From positions 13,535,928 through 13,599,927 of the forward strand of contig CAVNZM010000004.1 of the NCBI GenBank assembly GCA_963693365.1: a DNA stretch of 64,000 nucleotides. Direction: 5' to 3'. The translations under genes and the position numbers were made by a program. Under the pieces are notes generated by a model that did no database searches, had not been told where the DNA came from, and saw nothing but the letters and a program-made list of their open reading frames with translations. Numbering within the stretch: the first letter of the stretch is position 1; each line of letters begins with the position of its first letter. The stretch is from Amoebidium appalachense (taxonomy: Eukaryota > Protista > Ichthyosporea). This document shows, piece by piece, positions 1 through 23,230 of this stretch.

Positions 1-6616
<6,616 letters not shown>

Positions 6617-7394
6617 AGGTAGCAATGGGTGAGGCTATGCAAATTGTCGTACCCTTAAAAGATGCCTTTATGGGGACTTTTAGACTACATTTTCCTTTTT
6701 TCCCATCTCGATCACCCCCACATCCGAACCTTTCGGATATCTTTATGAGATCTGTTTGACAATATGTTGATGTCTGAATCGAGTGCATAATTTTTGTTTT
6801 CGGCTTGGATTCACTTAATAATGCCAATCGTTGCCGCATCTATATGTATCTGTGGACCCTGTAGTGGCCACATCAGCTAACAAATAACGGAAAGGGTTGT
6901 GGCCATTAGTATATCTAGTATATCTAGTAACAATGCTGACAGTTACCGTAAGCCTGCCCGCCCACATGGGCCCGTATGGACAACTAAATGACGACTTAGT
7001 GGCGGGTTTATGATGTCTCGGACGATGGAATTTGTGCACGCGCACGTGCACCAAGTCTGTGACACAAGGGTGTTGCTCCTCTGCCATATCTGATACGACT
7101 TCTTTCATGAATCATTCATTAAATATGCAACAATATTATTATCTGTTATAAATTATATCAAAATATATCTTTACAACCAAGGTTGTTGGTAATTATCTAC
7201 ACTAGCCATATGGGTGGAATGGCTGGGCCAGAGCCAGACGAGGAGATGGGCGAAGACGCAGAGTAAATTTTCTGTTTGTTGATGAGTGGGGGTGTAGGGG
7301 GTTTGGTTTTCACGTGTGTCAGTAGCCTGTAACATATAGGCGCTGTGCCGATGTCAGAAGTTTAAGTGGACTGCAACCCAACCTTTTAGGTATA

Positions 7395-8700
7395 TATTGA
7401 CATCCAAATAGTATAGGTTTACTACGAAAAAGATATCAGAACTTATCGTTATAGCATCTTTACATTCTCCTGCTGATATCATTATATACATGTTGACATC
7501 CAAATGGTATAAGTTTATGGCTAAAAAGATATCAGAACGTATCAATATAGCATCTTTACATTCACCTGATGTCCATCTTGCGATGCTTAAAAGTGCACGG
7601 AATCGATCTAGCCTGGGTCCAAAAGATGCCTCGAACCCATCCCAGGAATCTCATGATGACCATCCAAAACACATCAAAGGGACAATTGCAAGACACCATA
7701 ATGTGCATATATATAGATTCATCTTCAGACAACTAACGGCTCCTGAAAAGTGCATACAAGGACCACTTAAAGACCCTAGAGAGATGCTGTGGACTCCATT
7801 CTAGTATGAGAATTGCATCCAGCAACATTATAGCATCTATATATGCCTATCATGTGCACCGGGTAATCCACAAACCATCTATGACGTCGCAAAGATCACA
7901 TAGAGACCCTAACCAGATATCATAAAGTGCACATGCTGTGCCTAGAACAGGGATAAATCAGGAATGATGATATAATATGCACCAGAAATACACTTAGACA
8001 TCTGAGGGTACCTAGGGGGTACATATGGATGGGAAAAGGATAGGATATTCAGAGATCTGTAATACCACATCATCAACACCATAGGTCCACATGTAGATGC
8101 CTTCAAGTGCACGGAATCGATCGAGCCAGGGTCAAAAAGATGTCACAAACCCATCCCAGAAACCTCATGATGACCATCCGAAAGGCATCTAAAAGACCAC
8201 GTAAAGGCCATATAAGATGCAAATATGGTTTTCCCTCATGACAACTAAATGTTCCTAAAAGGTTCATTAACAGACCACTTAAAGACGTCAAAAAGATGCT
8301 GTATACCAGGAATAGCGTCCAGCAACATTAAAGCAACCATATATGCCTATCATGTGCACCACCCAATCCACATACCATCTATGACGTCGTGGATGAGGTC
8401 CATCTACAAGAGCACATAAAGACACTTTGTCGATCATTAAAAGTGCATATGCTGTGCATATAACAGCGAAAAAACAATATGGATCGTATAAAATGCACTA
8501 AAACTAGTCTTGGACATCATAGGGGACTTAGGGGGTAGAAATGGATGGGAAGAAAATATGATCATATAAAGTGGTCCATATAATGTCTATGTGCACCGGA
8601 AATAAACTAGAAGTACACTTGGACGTCCTGGAGTACTTAGGGTGTACTTTGGGATGGGTACAAGAAAAGAGCATTTAATGTGGTCTTTAGATGGTCCATA
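7395..8700. repeat. AT-rich patchwork of diverged direct repeats (a ~95-bp pair and a ~510-bp pair)
   Basis: ttgacatccaaat...agcatctttacattc occurs at ~7397 and ~7493. aagtgcacggaatcgatc...catgatgaccatcc...atatgcctatcatgtgcacc occurs at ~7591 and ~8105. Confidence 0.7.
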
Positions 8701-9043
8701 TCACCACCCAAACCCCACCAAATTGTGTTTGGAAAATTTTGAACATCGGGGCATTTAATATGCATTTAGGATGGGTTGTAGATCATTTCATGACACCATA
8801 GTAGATGCCTTGCGGTGCTGTTCTGGATGATGGATGATATCAAGTCCCCTTTATCCCCTCCTGGACATCATAGATGAGTTATGGATAGTGGCCATCCAAA
8901 TTGTTTACGACCCCCACATCCCATCTAGATGTCATCATGTAGGTAGGTTGTGGTGGATGTGTGGGGTGGATATGGTGGGAGGACCCCCAAAAGGTGTCCT
9001 GGATGGGATCCGGATCGCCGAACAAGATTGCTGATGTGCATCG

Positions 9044-9090
<47 letters not shown>

Positions 9091-9094
9091 ACAC

Positions 9095-9320
9095 ATACAA
9101 CGGCATTCGGGTACACACATGCACACTTTGCATCCCCCTCCCCCCCCCCCCCCCACACAAAGGCATTCGGGTACACACATGCACACTTTGCATCCCCCTC
9201 CCCCACACACATACAAAGGCATTCGGGTACACACATGCACACTTTGCATCCCCCTCCCCCACACACATACAAAGGCATTCGGGTACACACATGCACACTT
9301 TGCATCCCCCTCCCCCACCC
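9095..9320. repeat. ~56-60-bp minisatellite, 4 copies
   Basis: ggcattcgggtacacacatgcacactttgcatccccctcccc recurs at ~9102, 9162, 9218 and 9274. Confidence 0.9.
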
Positions 9321-9405
9321 CCTTCGTGAGAATGCACTGAGTGTCACATATTTATAATAAGTTGAATTTTATTGATCGTAAAAAAGCACGAAGTCGCCTA
9401 CCCTG

Positions 9406-11286
9406 CTAGTAATATGGTGATACCGATCCGTCAGGCCATTGATCATAAAAAGGCACGAAGTCGCCTGGCCTGCTGGTAATATGGTGATACCGATCACAGT
9501 CAGGCCAAAGTTCATCCCATGTGTTGGTTGCTGCTTCATAATACAACCAGTGGTCGTATGGTTCACCAACTACTTGCACATGGTGATTCCTGATGGCATC
9601 CTCGAGGGCTGTCTGACACGGCAGTTGCGGGTACCAATCCGCACCATCCAAAACCTCGGCGATAGGAACAGCACTCCACAGGGCATCCGCGCTGGGAGAC
9701 GTGTCAGGCTGGCCCGTGGTCTTGTTAATACCGATATAGCTGCTGCGCTGTTGTTCCAAATGGTCGGAGGGGGTTTCTACCCAATAATTCTCGATTTCTG
9801 CCTGCCACGGGCAGACGCCGTCGGCATCGTTGAGCATGATTTGGTCATATCCACTCGGGGGGTAGATGACGGCCGCTTGCCGGGTTTCGGTGTCGTAAGC
9901 ATACAACCCGTCAACAACGAATGGCAAATCTCTACCTTGCCCCTCCTTTTGGGCTTTTTGGAACTCTTCGCGCTCAACATCTTTCCTGATTGTGTCAATT
10001 AAGTCTCCCCAATCGAAGGGAAGCACAATGACGTGTCGTTTGTTCATGACGTCCACAAGCATCTGCCACGACACGCCCACTTGCAGACGCCGCATGTATG
10101 TGGAAATTTCGACGGTTTCGATGTCGGTATCGATCTGGCCCAGGGGAACAAACTCGCCTTCTTCCTGCCCTTCCTGAATCTCGTAAGCAAACCACCCCGT
10201 GCACCGCCCGAATATGTTTTTGCGCTCGGCAGGCCCACCCTCGCTGTAATCCGCCTGGACCCTGCTAACTAAATTCGAAAGCTTTTTGTCCCATTCCAGC
10301 TTGTGTCTAATGATGTTTGCGTAGTCGTACAGGTGGGCTTGGGTACGGGGTGCAGTTGTAACTGGCGGGTTTGAGGCAGCTTGTGCCAAAATATTGGCCT
10401 TTTGGGTGGCCATATCTAGTATTATATTCGCATGGACATCGTCGTAGCCGTCGTTGTCGTCGTCCCTCCGGTGGGCATAATGGTCCATCAATCGCAGCAG
10501 CAAACACGTGTTAAACGACTCTAACGTATACGCAGAGCTGTCTAACTTGACAACTCCTGCAGACCCTCGCAACCACGCAGTGCACGGCGGGTAATGCCGC
10601 AGTTTGCCGTCCCCCGTGTACCCCTCACTGGGGTGTGTCTCTACGATCCTTCTAATAGCATCCTCAGGAAGTAAACCCCACCAGTTCCAGAACCTACTAT
10701 CCTGAAAATCACTGTTATTCTCTATGGCGTATTGGACATCCGCCAAAGTGGAGGTTGCAAAAAACATATCGGCAAAGCTCTCGCTCGTTTTTTGGTCCAG
10801 TTCGGACATTTTTGCCGCAATCTCTGCTGCTGTGGCCTGCATCACCGTCCTAGTTGCAAGGCAACAGCGCCCTTCAGGGTTGTACACGGCCAGCTTGTCA
10901 TAGCTTCGGAGGTACACCGCTGTGCATGCACGGAAACCTGCTTTCAACTCTTCCTGCAGTTGCAATAGACTCAACGAGGTGTCTACCTCAAACACAACAA
11001 AAGGGTGCAACGTTTCCACTAGAGTGACATCTTCGGGGGTTGAAACCGTGGCAAGGCCGTTGGTGTTTGCAAGAGAAAACACTACAACATCTTCCCCTAC
11101 AGGGCCTAACAACAGCGGTGTCTTCGATGGAACGATCCGAACACGCACTGGCATTGAGGGTGCAAGTCCCATTGCTGACAGCGAAATAATAATTCTGCCT
11201 ATACCCTGCATGCCAAATCCTGTTGTGTTTTCGTGCAGCTGAGGTCGGTGTATTTGAAACGATTTGGATATAATAACATCAGTCAT
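9406..11286 (-). CDS. Intronless 626-aa hypothetical protein (element cargo)
   Basis: A 1.9-kb uninterrupted ORF of complex, globular-looking sequence with CCAAT boxes just upstream. No family recognised; the true start may be a downstream ATG. Confidence 0.75.
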   Translation of the reverse strand: MTDVIISKSFQIHRPQLHENTTGFGMQGIGRIIISLSAMGLAPSMPVRVRIVPSKTPLLLGPVGEDVVVFSLANTNGLATVSTPEDVTLVETLHPFVVFEVDTSLSLLQLQEELKAGFRACTAVYLRSYDKLAVYNPEGRCCLATRTVMQATAAEIAAKMSELDQKTSESFADMFFATSTLADVQYAIENNSDFQDSRFWNWWGLLPEDAIRRIVETHPSEGYTGDGKLRHYPPCTAWLRGSAGVVKLDSSAYTLESFNTCLLLRLMDHYAHRRDDDNDGYDDVHANIILDMATQKANILAQAASNPPVTTAPRTQAHLYDYANIIRHKLEWDKKLSNLVSRVQADYSEGGPAERKNIFGRCTGWFAYEIQEGQEEGEFVPLGQIDTDIETVEISTYMRRLQVGVSWQMLVDVMNKRHVIVLPFDWGDLIDTIRKDVEREEFQKAQKEGQGRDLPFVVDGLYAYDTETRQAAVIYPPSGYDQIMLNDADGVCPWQAEIENYWVETPSDHLEQQRSSYIGINKTTGQPDTSPSADALWSAVPIAEVLDGADWYPQLPCQTALEDAIRNHHVQVVGEPYDHWLYYEAATNTWDELWPDCDRYHHITSRPGDFVPFYDQWPDGSVSPYY

Positions 11287-11395
11287 CGCGCTGATTGGCT
11301 AAACGCGGATGACACATCTTTTCGGATGATTGGTTGGATAAATCTAGTTACCATCGGCTAGCCGCGCTGATTGGCCAAATCCAATTGGTGTTGCT
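11287..11395 (-). promoter_or_regulatory. CCAAT-box cluster, probable promoter of the 626-aa gene
   Basis: cgcgctgattggc occurs twice, plus gattggttgg and ccaattgg, within ~110 bp upstream of the ATG. Confidence 0.45.
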
Positions 11396-11640
11396 TCGGC
11401 ATAACCCGTGCGCAAGCCCGAAAATTCGGATTTGTTTCTTGGTATTTTTTGAAGTCCGGAATATTTTTGCCTGGGGTGTATGGTATATTTTCATCCCCAG
11501 TTAAAGGGGGTGAAAGGGGGTTCCTATTTTAGCTTACCACGAAATTTGCAGGGGTTTACCATAAACTGAAAATATGATGGTATTTTTGAAACGTTTAGGG
11601 TATTTTTTACCGTAAAAACGGGGTTATGGTCGGGCCTGCC

Positions 11641-11990
11641 CGTGCGCTTGCACCTGTGTTGCTTGAGAGTAGGGTCATGAGCGCTATCACCGTGCGCTTG
11701 CACCTGTGTTGCTTGAGAGTAGGGTCATGAGCGCTATCACCGTGCGCTTGCACCTGTGTTGCTTGAGAGTAGGGTCATGAGCGCTATCACCGTGCGCTTG
11801 CACCTGTGTTGCTTGAGAGTAGGGTCATGAGCGCTATCACCGTGCGCTTGCACCTGTGTTGCTTGAGAGTAGGGTCATGAGCGCTATCACCGTGCGCTTG
11901 CACCTGTGTTGCTTGAGAGTAGGGTCATGAGCGCTATCACCGTGCGCTTGCACCTGTGTTGCTTGAGAGTAGGGTCATGATCGCTATCAC
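11641..11990. repeat. Perfect 50-bp tandem repeat x7 (no spacers)
   Basis: cgtgcgcttgcacctgtgttgcttgagagtagggtcatgagcgctatcac starts at 11641, 11691, ... 11941; the last copy has one substitution. Confidence 0.97.
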
Positions 11991-12340
11991 CATACCCTTG
12001 CTCATGAGCGCCCCCCCCCCCCCCCCCCCCCCCTCCCCCCCCCCCCCCCCCCCAAACCCTCCTCCCATCTACCCGCACAACCCCAACCCCACATTATATC
12101 GTGCACCGGGTAACATGGACGCTGGCGCACCCCTTCCCCCACCCAGCCCATTCGCACCCCCTCCCCCGATCCGCACAAGCCCGCGCAGCACCCCCGGGCC
12201 CTCACCCATCCTATTGGCCATCCTGGCCGGCCTGATCCTCTACGTGCTCTGGGACACGTTCAGCCCACGTGTGCGGCGGCGCCTGGCAGTGCTCAAGTGC
12301 CAGCGCGCGTGCCCAATGTGTGCCAGCTGCGGCAGCTGCG

Positions 12341-12946
12341 TGTCGTGGCAACAAACAGAGTGTATACAAACTACTCTAACTATCTGCACGCTTAAAGGGG
12401 CTCGAAACCGTGTATACGTATAAACTTTTCTTTGAGTTGGGTGGGAAGCGAGTTTTTTGTGTTCTGAGAAGAACTTCCAAAAGCCCGCGACCCCGCGAGA
12501 CACTTCACAGACACGCGGCCCACTGGCCAGACAAATACCACAGTGACATTCAGCCAATCACAACACTCCCTCCCCCACAGACTACACGCACTCCACACCA
12601 TTGGCTACCGCGACCTCAGACACCCCTACAGCACTACAACACGTACACACGTTTACTCACAATACATATAAGCATACACACACGCGAGCAGGCAACATGG
12701 GTCTCGCCACGCACACAGCAAGAAGCAATACAACATTTAACATGGAGAGTACGCAGAGGCATGGGGCATGCACGCGCGCACCAAACAATCAGCCGCCGCT
12801 GCATCAGATTCTCCCCATACCACTGATTAATCTCCTCATACCCCATTTAGACCCCGGCATCACTATGCAAGAAAACCCCCCGAAATTAACTCACCAAAAC
12901 ACAAAATATAGAAGTAAACTAATACGAATCAGCTCAGCACATGACA
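12341..12946 (-). repeat. LTR (3' LTR in element orientation)
   Basis: 606 bp, TG...CA; by eye identical to 14430-15035 except for 4 substitutions in the first 28 nt. Confidence 0.93.
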
Positions 12947-13936
12947 ACTCCCCCCTCGCACAGAAAATAACTGAGTTCCACCTCAGTAAAAACTACCTAA
13001 AAACAAAATAAAGTTATGTGCTGAGCGACTACAACTACCGCTACCCATGCAGGAAGCAACATTTAACATATAACATAAAACATATACATACATCCACACA
13101 CCACCCCACCATGGTTAATACCCAACCCAACCCCAAAACAAGGATAAGAACCGCCACTGACGTTGCCCTGTAGATGCACCTCTGCCCCCGTCCACAACCT
13201 GCACCCAAAACCCCATGCCCCTGGCACAATGTTATATCGAGTGGAACATAGCAACAGACATGATAACAGACACCATCCATACAACCACACTCAGCATGCC
13301 CCATCCACAAAGAATTCCTAGCAAAACCTAACATGCCACTGACGAACACCTCCAGACTCATGTGACGTACACCTCCAGACTCTCTTGCTGGCCATTCCTC
13401 TACCCAACAAAGACTCCTACTACGTAGGTCCCGGTGGTTTGGGAATGCCTCCGCCCCAACCGTGCCCTACCCAGCGGTGTGTCTAAGGCCTACTGCTGCA
13501 CTGGGCACCACAACACTACTCAACAACACTACGGGCAGCCACTCCAAAGGGCCTCAACACCAGGCCCAGGGCAGCCACTCCAAGGGGCCTCAGCACCAGG
13601 CCCTTTGACGACGGGGGTTCACAACAGTGGGGGCCTGCCACTGCCATGACTACACTTCGACCCCCCCCCCAGCCCCCTCGTCAGAGGGCCGAGCTCCCAG
13701 ACAGCAGCAGGACTTTCTATTCCACTGACCCTAACCACACACGTCGCCAACACAGGACTCATACACACGTCGAAAACGCCAGGCACCAGTAGAAAACTCG
13801 CCGAAAAATAACACCACACAACAGTTACTCCCATAGTATTACAACAACAACAACCCAAGAGATGGCCTACCCCCTAATAAAACCTTCATACCAGCAACAC
13901 GGTCACCGACGTCCCTGCCCCCCACGACGGGGCTGT

Positions 13937-14221
13937 TTACACCACGCGTTGCCCCCGCTCCTTGCAGTTGTCACAGGTGCCTGGGAAAGAGCCTGGCGCC
14001 GGCTCTTGCTGTCCCGCCCAAAGACGCTAGTCTGGCCCATCTGTTATCCCGTTGTGGCCGTGGCTGGTAGGGCTGGCAGTAGCGCCGTGGGGAGGGTGAC
14101 CGCCGCCGGTCCCCTCTGAGGCCTCTGCTGGGCAAACGGCCCTGAGCTTGCTAAGTCACCTAGGGAGGTCAAGGTCCTTAGCGAGGACTAAGTCCCCTGT
14201 GATACTAGTCCTACTGCTCAT
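13937..14221 (-). pseudogene. Decayed, internally deleted gag remnant with a CCHC zinc-knuckle relic
   Basis: The minus frame reads MSSRTSITGDLVLAKDLDLPR*LSKLRAVC...APGSFPGTCDNCKERGQRVV*. FxGxCxNCxxxG(H>Q) is a typical gag knuckle start, and the frame has internal stops. Confidence 0.55.
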
Positions 14222-14429
14222 GTTGCCTATGCCAACTGTTGCTAGCTGTAGGTCTGTGTGTGCGTATGTTTCTTCTACCTCTAACCGTCGAAAAAGGCCT
14301 AAGACAAAACCACTCATAACCGCTAGGCGTGAAAAAAAAAAAAACTAGGGGTGAAAGCAACAGCCCAGAAGGACTAACAGTGCGTGTGCCCCCTCCCTGC
14401 AAAAAACTGCAGAGAAAGGGGGTGTAGCT

Positions 14430-15035
14430 TGTCGTGGCAACATACAGTGTGTATATGAACTACTCTAACTATCTGCACGCTTAAAGGGGCTCGAAACCGT
14501 GTATACGTATAAACTTTTCTTTGAGTTGGGTGGGAAGCGAGTTTTTTGTGTTCTGAGAAGAACTTCCAAAAGCCCGCGACCCCGCGAGACACTTCACAGA
14601 CACGCGGCCCACTGGCCAGACAAATACCACAGTGACATTCAGCCAATCACAACACTCCCTCCCCCACAGACTACACGCACTCCACACCATTGGCTACCGC
14701 GACCTCAGACACCCCTACAGCACTACAACACGTACACACGTTTACTCACAATACATATAAGCATACACACACGCGAGCAGGCAACATGGGTCTCGCCACG
14801 CACACAGCAAGAAGCAATACAACATTTAACATGGAGAGTACGCAGAGGCATGGGGCATGCACGCGCGCACCAAACAATCAGCCGCCGCTGCATCAGATTC
14901 TCCCCATACCACTGATTAATCTCCTCATACCCCATTTAGACCCCGGCATCACTATGCAAGAAAACCCCCCGAAATTAACTCACCAAAACACAAAATATAG
15001 AAGTAAACTAATACGAATCAGCTCAGCACATGACA
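14430..15035 (-). repeat. LTR (5' LTR in element orientation)
   Basis: Second copy of the 606-bp repeat, followed by the TSD CTGCG. Confidence 0.93.
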
Positions 15036-15243
15036 CTGCGTTCCCCGCCGCAAGTGTGCGCACTGCCCCCGCTGCCACGTGTGCGGTGCCAGCCCCGCCC
15101 GGTGCGCACAGTGCCCCGCATGCACGCGCTGCCCGCCCGAGCAGAAGTGCCCGGCGTGCCCCACGTGTGCGCATGCGCCTGCGGTGGTGATCAAGGAGCG
15201 CACTTGAAGGGTTGGGGGGGCAGAGATTTTTGTGGCATAGAGT

Positions 15244-15504
15244 ATGGCGTACCGATGGGAGTACAAGCTGAAGGAGGAGCCCGGCAAGGCACCCGTGGTG
15301 CAGGCAACTATTGTGCCGACCGAGGCCACCACCCGGCGGACGCAGATGGAGCAACGAGCATACGCACAAGAGCTTGCGGAAAAGGGCTATATAGATCTGC
15401 CCGATGAGTTGGCGGAGAAGTGTGGATTCAAGAAGTGGGTGCCGAAGAATCAACGACAGACAGCAATTGTACTGCAGAAGATGATGGAGCCTGAGGATGC
15501 ATAG
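15244..15504 (+). CDS. Intronless 86-aa hypothetical protein (cargo)
   Basis: ATG-TAG ORF with GC3-rich codons and natural composition (MAYRWEYKLKEEPGKAPVVQATIVP...), starting 36 bp after the stop of the Cys-rich gene. Confidence 0.6.
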   Translation: MAYRWEYKLKEEPGKAPVVQATIVPTEATTRRTQMEQRAYAQELAEKGYIDLPDELAEKCGFKKWVPKNQRQTAIVLQKMMEPEDA

Positions 15505-15694
15505 AGACCTACACACAAAGGATGAATGGACTTACACCACAAACATGGAAAATGTAAATGACGAGAGAATCTCCACAAACATGGAAAATGTAAATGACGA
15601 GAGAATCTGTTGGGATGTTTAATTTTGATGAGCTGGAGTCTATCTCCCCCCCCTCCCCTTCACCGTTCAATGAAAACTTGGTAGCATGTGTATC

Positions 15695-15975
<281 letters not shown>

Positions 15976-16199
15976 CAATGTACGTGCCAGTGTGCTTGTA
16001 CACAGATTGAAAAGGAGACTTGGGGTATATTAAATGGAGTCTCTCCCGCTACCACGGGCAAATACATTCAATAATCATTACGGAAACTTGGTACTGTTAC
16101 CGGGCAAATACAATATACATGAAAATTTGGATAAGATTGAAGCAGATCACATTCGAATAAACATTACAGAAAACTTGGTATGAAAACTTTGTACCACGT

Positions 16200-16614
16200 C
16201 TTTCCTCCACCACACCCATCACAAACCCCTATAGATGTGGATGTGTGCCTACTGCCCACACCACCACAAATACGTTTCCCCCACCGCACCCACCACAAAC
16301 CCTAAGTAAGATGTGAATGTGGGGCCTACCCGCCGCCACCACTACAACTACGTTTCCCCCACCGCACCCACCACAAACCCTAAGTAAGATGTGAATGTGG
16401 GGCCTACCCGCCGCCACCACTACAACTACGTTTCCCCCACCGCACCCACCACAAACCCTAAGTAAGATGTGAATGTGGGGCCTACCCGCCGCCACCACTA
16501 CAACTACGTTTCCCCCCACCGCACCCACCACAAACCCTAAGTAAGATGTGAATGTGGGGCCTACCCGCCGCCACCACTACAACTACGTTTCCCCCACCGC
16601 ACCCACCACAAACC

Positions 16615-16617
<3 letters not shown>
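16200..16617. repeat. ~78-bp minisatellite, ~5 copies, immediately 3' of the JmjC gene stop
   Basis: acaaaccctaagtaagatgtgaatgtggggcctacccgccgccacc... recurs with period 78-79. Confidence 0.92.
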
Positions 16618-21700
<5,083 letters not shown>

Positions 21701-21815
21701 GTTGCTGTGTGTGTTTTTGTGATGTGTGTAATTGTGAGCACCCTCTGCCTGTAAGACTGTCTGTGAGAGCGCTCTGTCTGTGTGCTTGTGCCACCGTGTT
21801 GTAGCGCTCGTGCTT

Positions 21816-21911
<96 letters not shown>

Positions 21912-22195
21912 AATCGTTCCTAGGAAAGCTCGTGCATGCGCGCGCTATGTTTTTTGTGTCCAGTCTAACAATGTTTGTGTTTAGCAGAACTCGTTTGTGT
22001 GTGTGCTCTGTTTTCGTATCCCAAACAATCTACGATTGTGTGCATAAGCCTAAAATGTGCCTCGCACAGGGAAACATGAAGGACATTCTATGTATCTGTA
22101 TTGGCTAAAAAAGGGGACAACTGATAGCGCGGTGTGCACAGGTTATTATAACAAGTTTCTTTGTTGTTTTCGTCTAGCCTATTTGTAATTACAAT

Positions 22196-22395
22196 GGAAA
22201 CATGTACAACAGCAGCGCTGGGCGAAAGTGACACGAACTGATGTGGTGCGCCTGATTACGTTTGAAACATGCACAACAGCAGCGCTGGGCGAAAGTGACA
22301 CGAATTGGTGTGGCGCGCTTGGTTATGTTTGAAACATGTACAACAGCAGCGCCGGGCGAAAGTAACACGAACTGGTGTGGTGCGCTTGGTTATAT
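22196..22395. repeat. ~67-bp tandem repeat x3
   Basis: gaaacatg(t/c)acaacagcagcgc(t/c)gggcgaaagt(g/a)acacgaa... occurs three times. Confidence 0.88.
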
Positions 22396-22519
22396 TTGTT
22401 CGTTCGGGAATCAAGATGGACTCTTGTAATTTCTCCGTTGTATATAGAGCGCAAAGAGAGTGTTGAACATATATTCTCATTTCGCAAAGCTTGAAGCAAG
22501 CAAGAAAATCACGTTTTTG

Positions 22520-23230
22520 ATGACTGGCCAATTAATGTTTTGTTCAGTTTGGCCAATGGAATCACTGATTGGCGCGTACGTGATAATAAGCTAATCAGTG
22601 AGATCGGCTAATAATAGTTTGGGTAGCAAGGCCAGCCTGCCCAACCAAGACCCTTTTGCGAGTAACAATTGTGATTTATTCTAATAGGCAATAAATATTA
22701 AAAAAGCATAATTTATTTATGTTTATTTATACTTTACGCGGACACAGACATTTGCTTGGAATTTTGTTTGGAAAGGGTCCTGTGAATCTGGTCTTCGAAA
22801 AGCGTTGCAGCCTTGAGTCACGGTGTATTGACCAACTAGATTGTACCAATGCCGATAAGCGCTTGCCTAGAGTACCAGTGCCCGATCACGTTGACCCAAC
22901 CATTATTCACCAATCACCGATTGGTTTTGTTGGCTGGCGCATTTACGTGATGACTGGCCAATGAAATTACTTAGTGACTGATAGCAGCACCGACCCTGGA
23001 GCGTTTTGACTGAGCAAGGAATAAGGGAAATCCTAAAAGAGGGTTGTATGTTTTATGACATATAAGGTTCTATAAATAAACAACCATGCGCTTGGGATTT
23101 TGGTTGGAAAGCGTTTTGTATTTGCCCAATTTGAATCCGATGCTTCGATTTCGGTCAATCAGAATACCCTGAGCATCAGCGCCGCGAATCACGTGGGGCA
23201 AGAACCAACCCCTATGCACCAATCAAAACG
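22520..23230. promoter_or_regulatory. CCAAT-rich divergent intergenic promoter region between the KDM4-like and coiled-coil genes
   Basis: Many CCAAT/ATTGG boxes, including tgatgactggccaat twice, plus CACGTG-like motifs, lie between head-to-head ATGs at 21700 (-) and 23874 (+). Confidence 0.4.

Larger units (their letters stand above)
12341..15035 (-). mobile_element. Non-autonomous LTR retroelement (Ty1/copia-like derivative), 2695 bp, 5-bp TSD CTGCG
   Basis: Two 606-bp direct repeats with TGTCGTG...CATGACA ends. CTGCG lies at 12336-12340 and 15036-15040. On the minus strand, the PPT GCGAGGGGGAGT abuts the left LTR and a gag zinc-knuckle remnant is present. No pol is visible. Confidence 0.92.
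12115..15207 (+). pseudogene. 130-aa TM + CxxC-repeat protein gene split by the LTR insertion (join 12115-12340, 15041-15207)
   Basis: Removing the LTR element and one TSD copy restores one ORF: MDAGAPLPPP...ILLAILAGLILYVLW...KCQRACPMCASCGSC|VPRRKCAHCPRCHVCGASPARCAQCPACTRCPPEQKCPACPTCAHAPAVVIKERT*. Confidence 0.85.

Noticed and set aside
11641-11990. 50-bp repeat array as a CRISPR array
   Set aside because: The units are head-to-tail identical with no unique spacers, there are no cas genes, and the context is eukaryotic.
14418-14429. tRNA-Ala gene
   Set aside because: Only 12 nt match and no cloverleaf follows; treated as a candidate primer-binding site instead.
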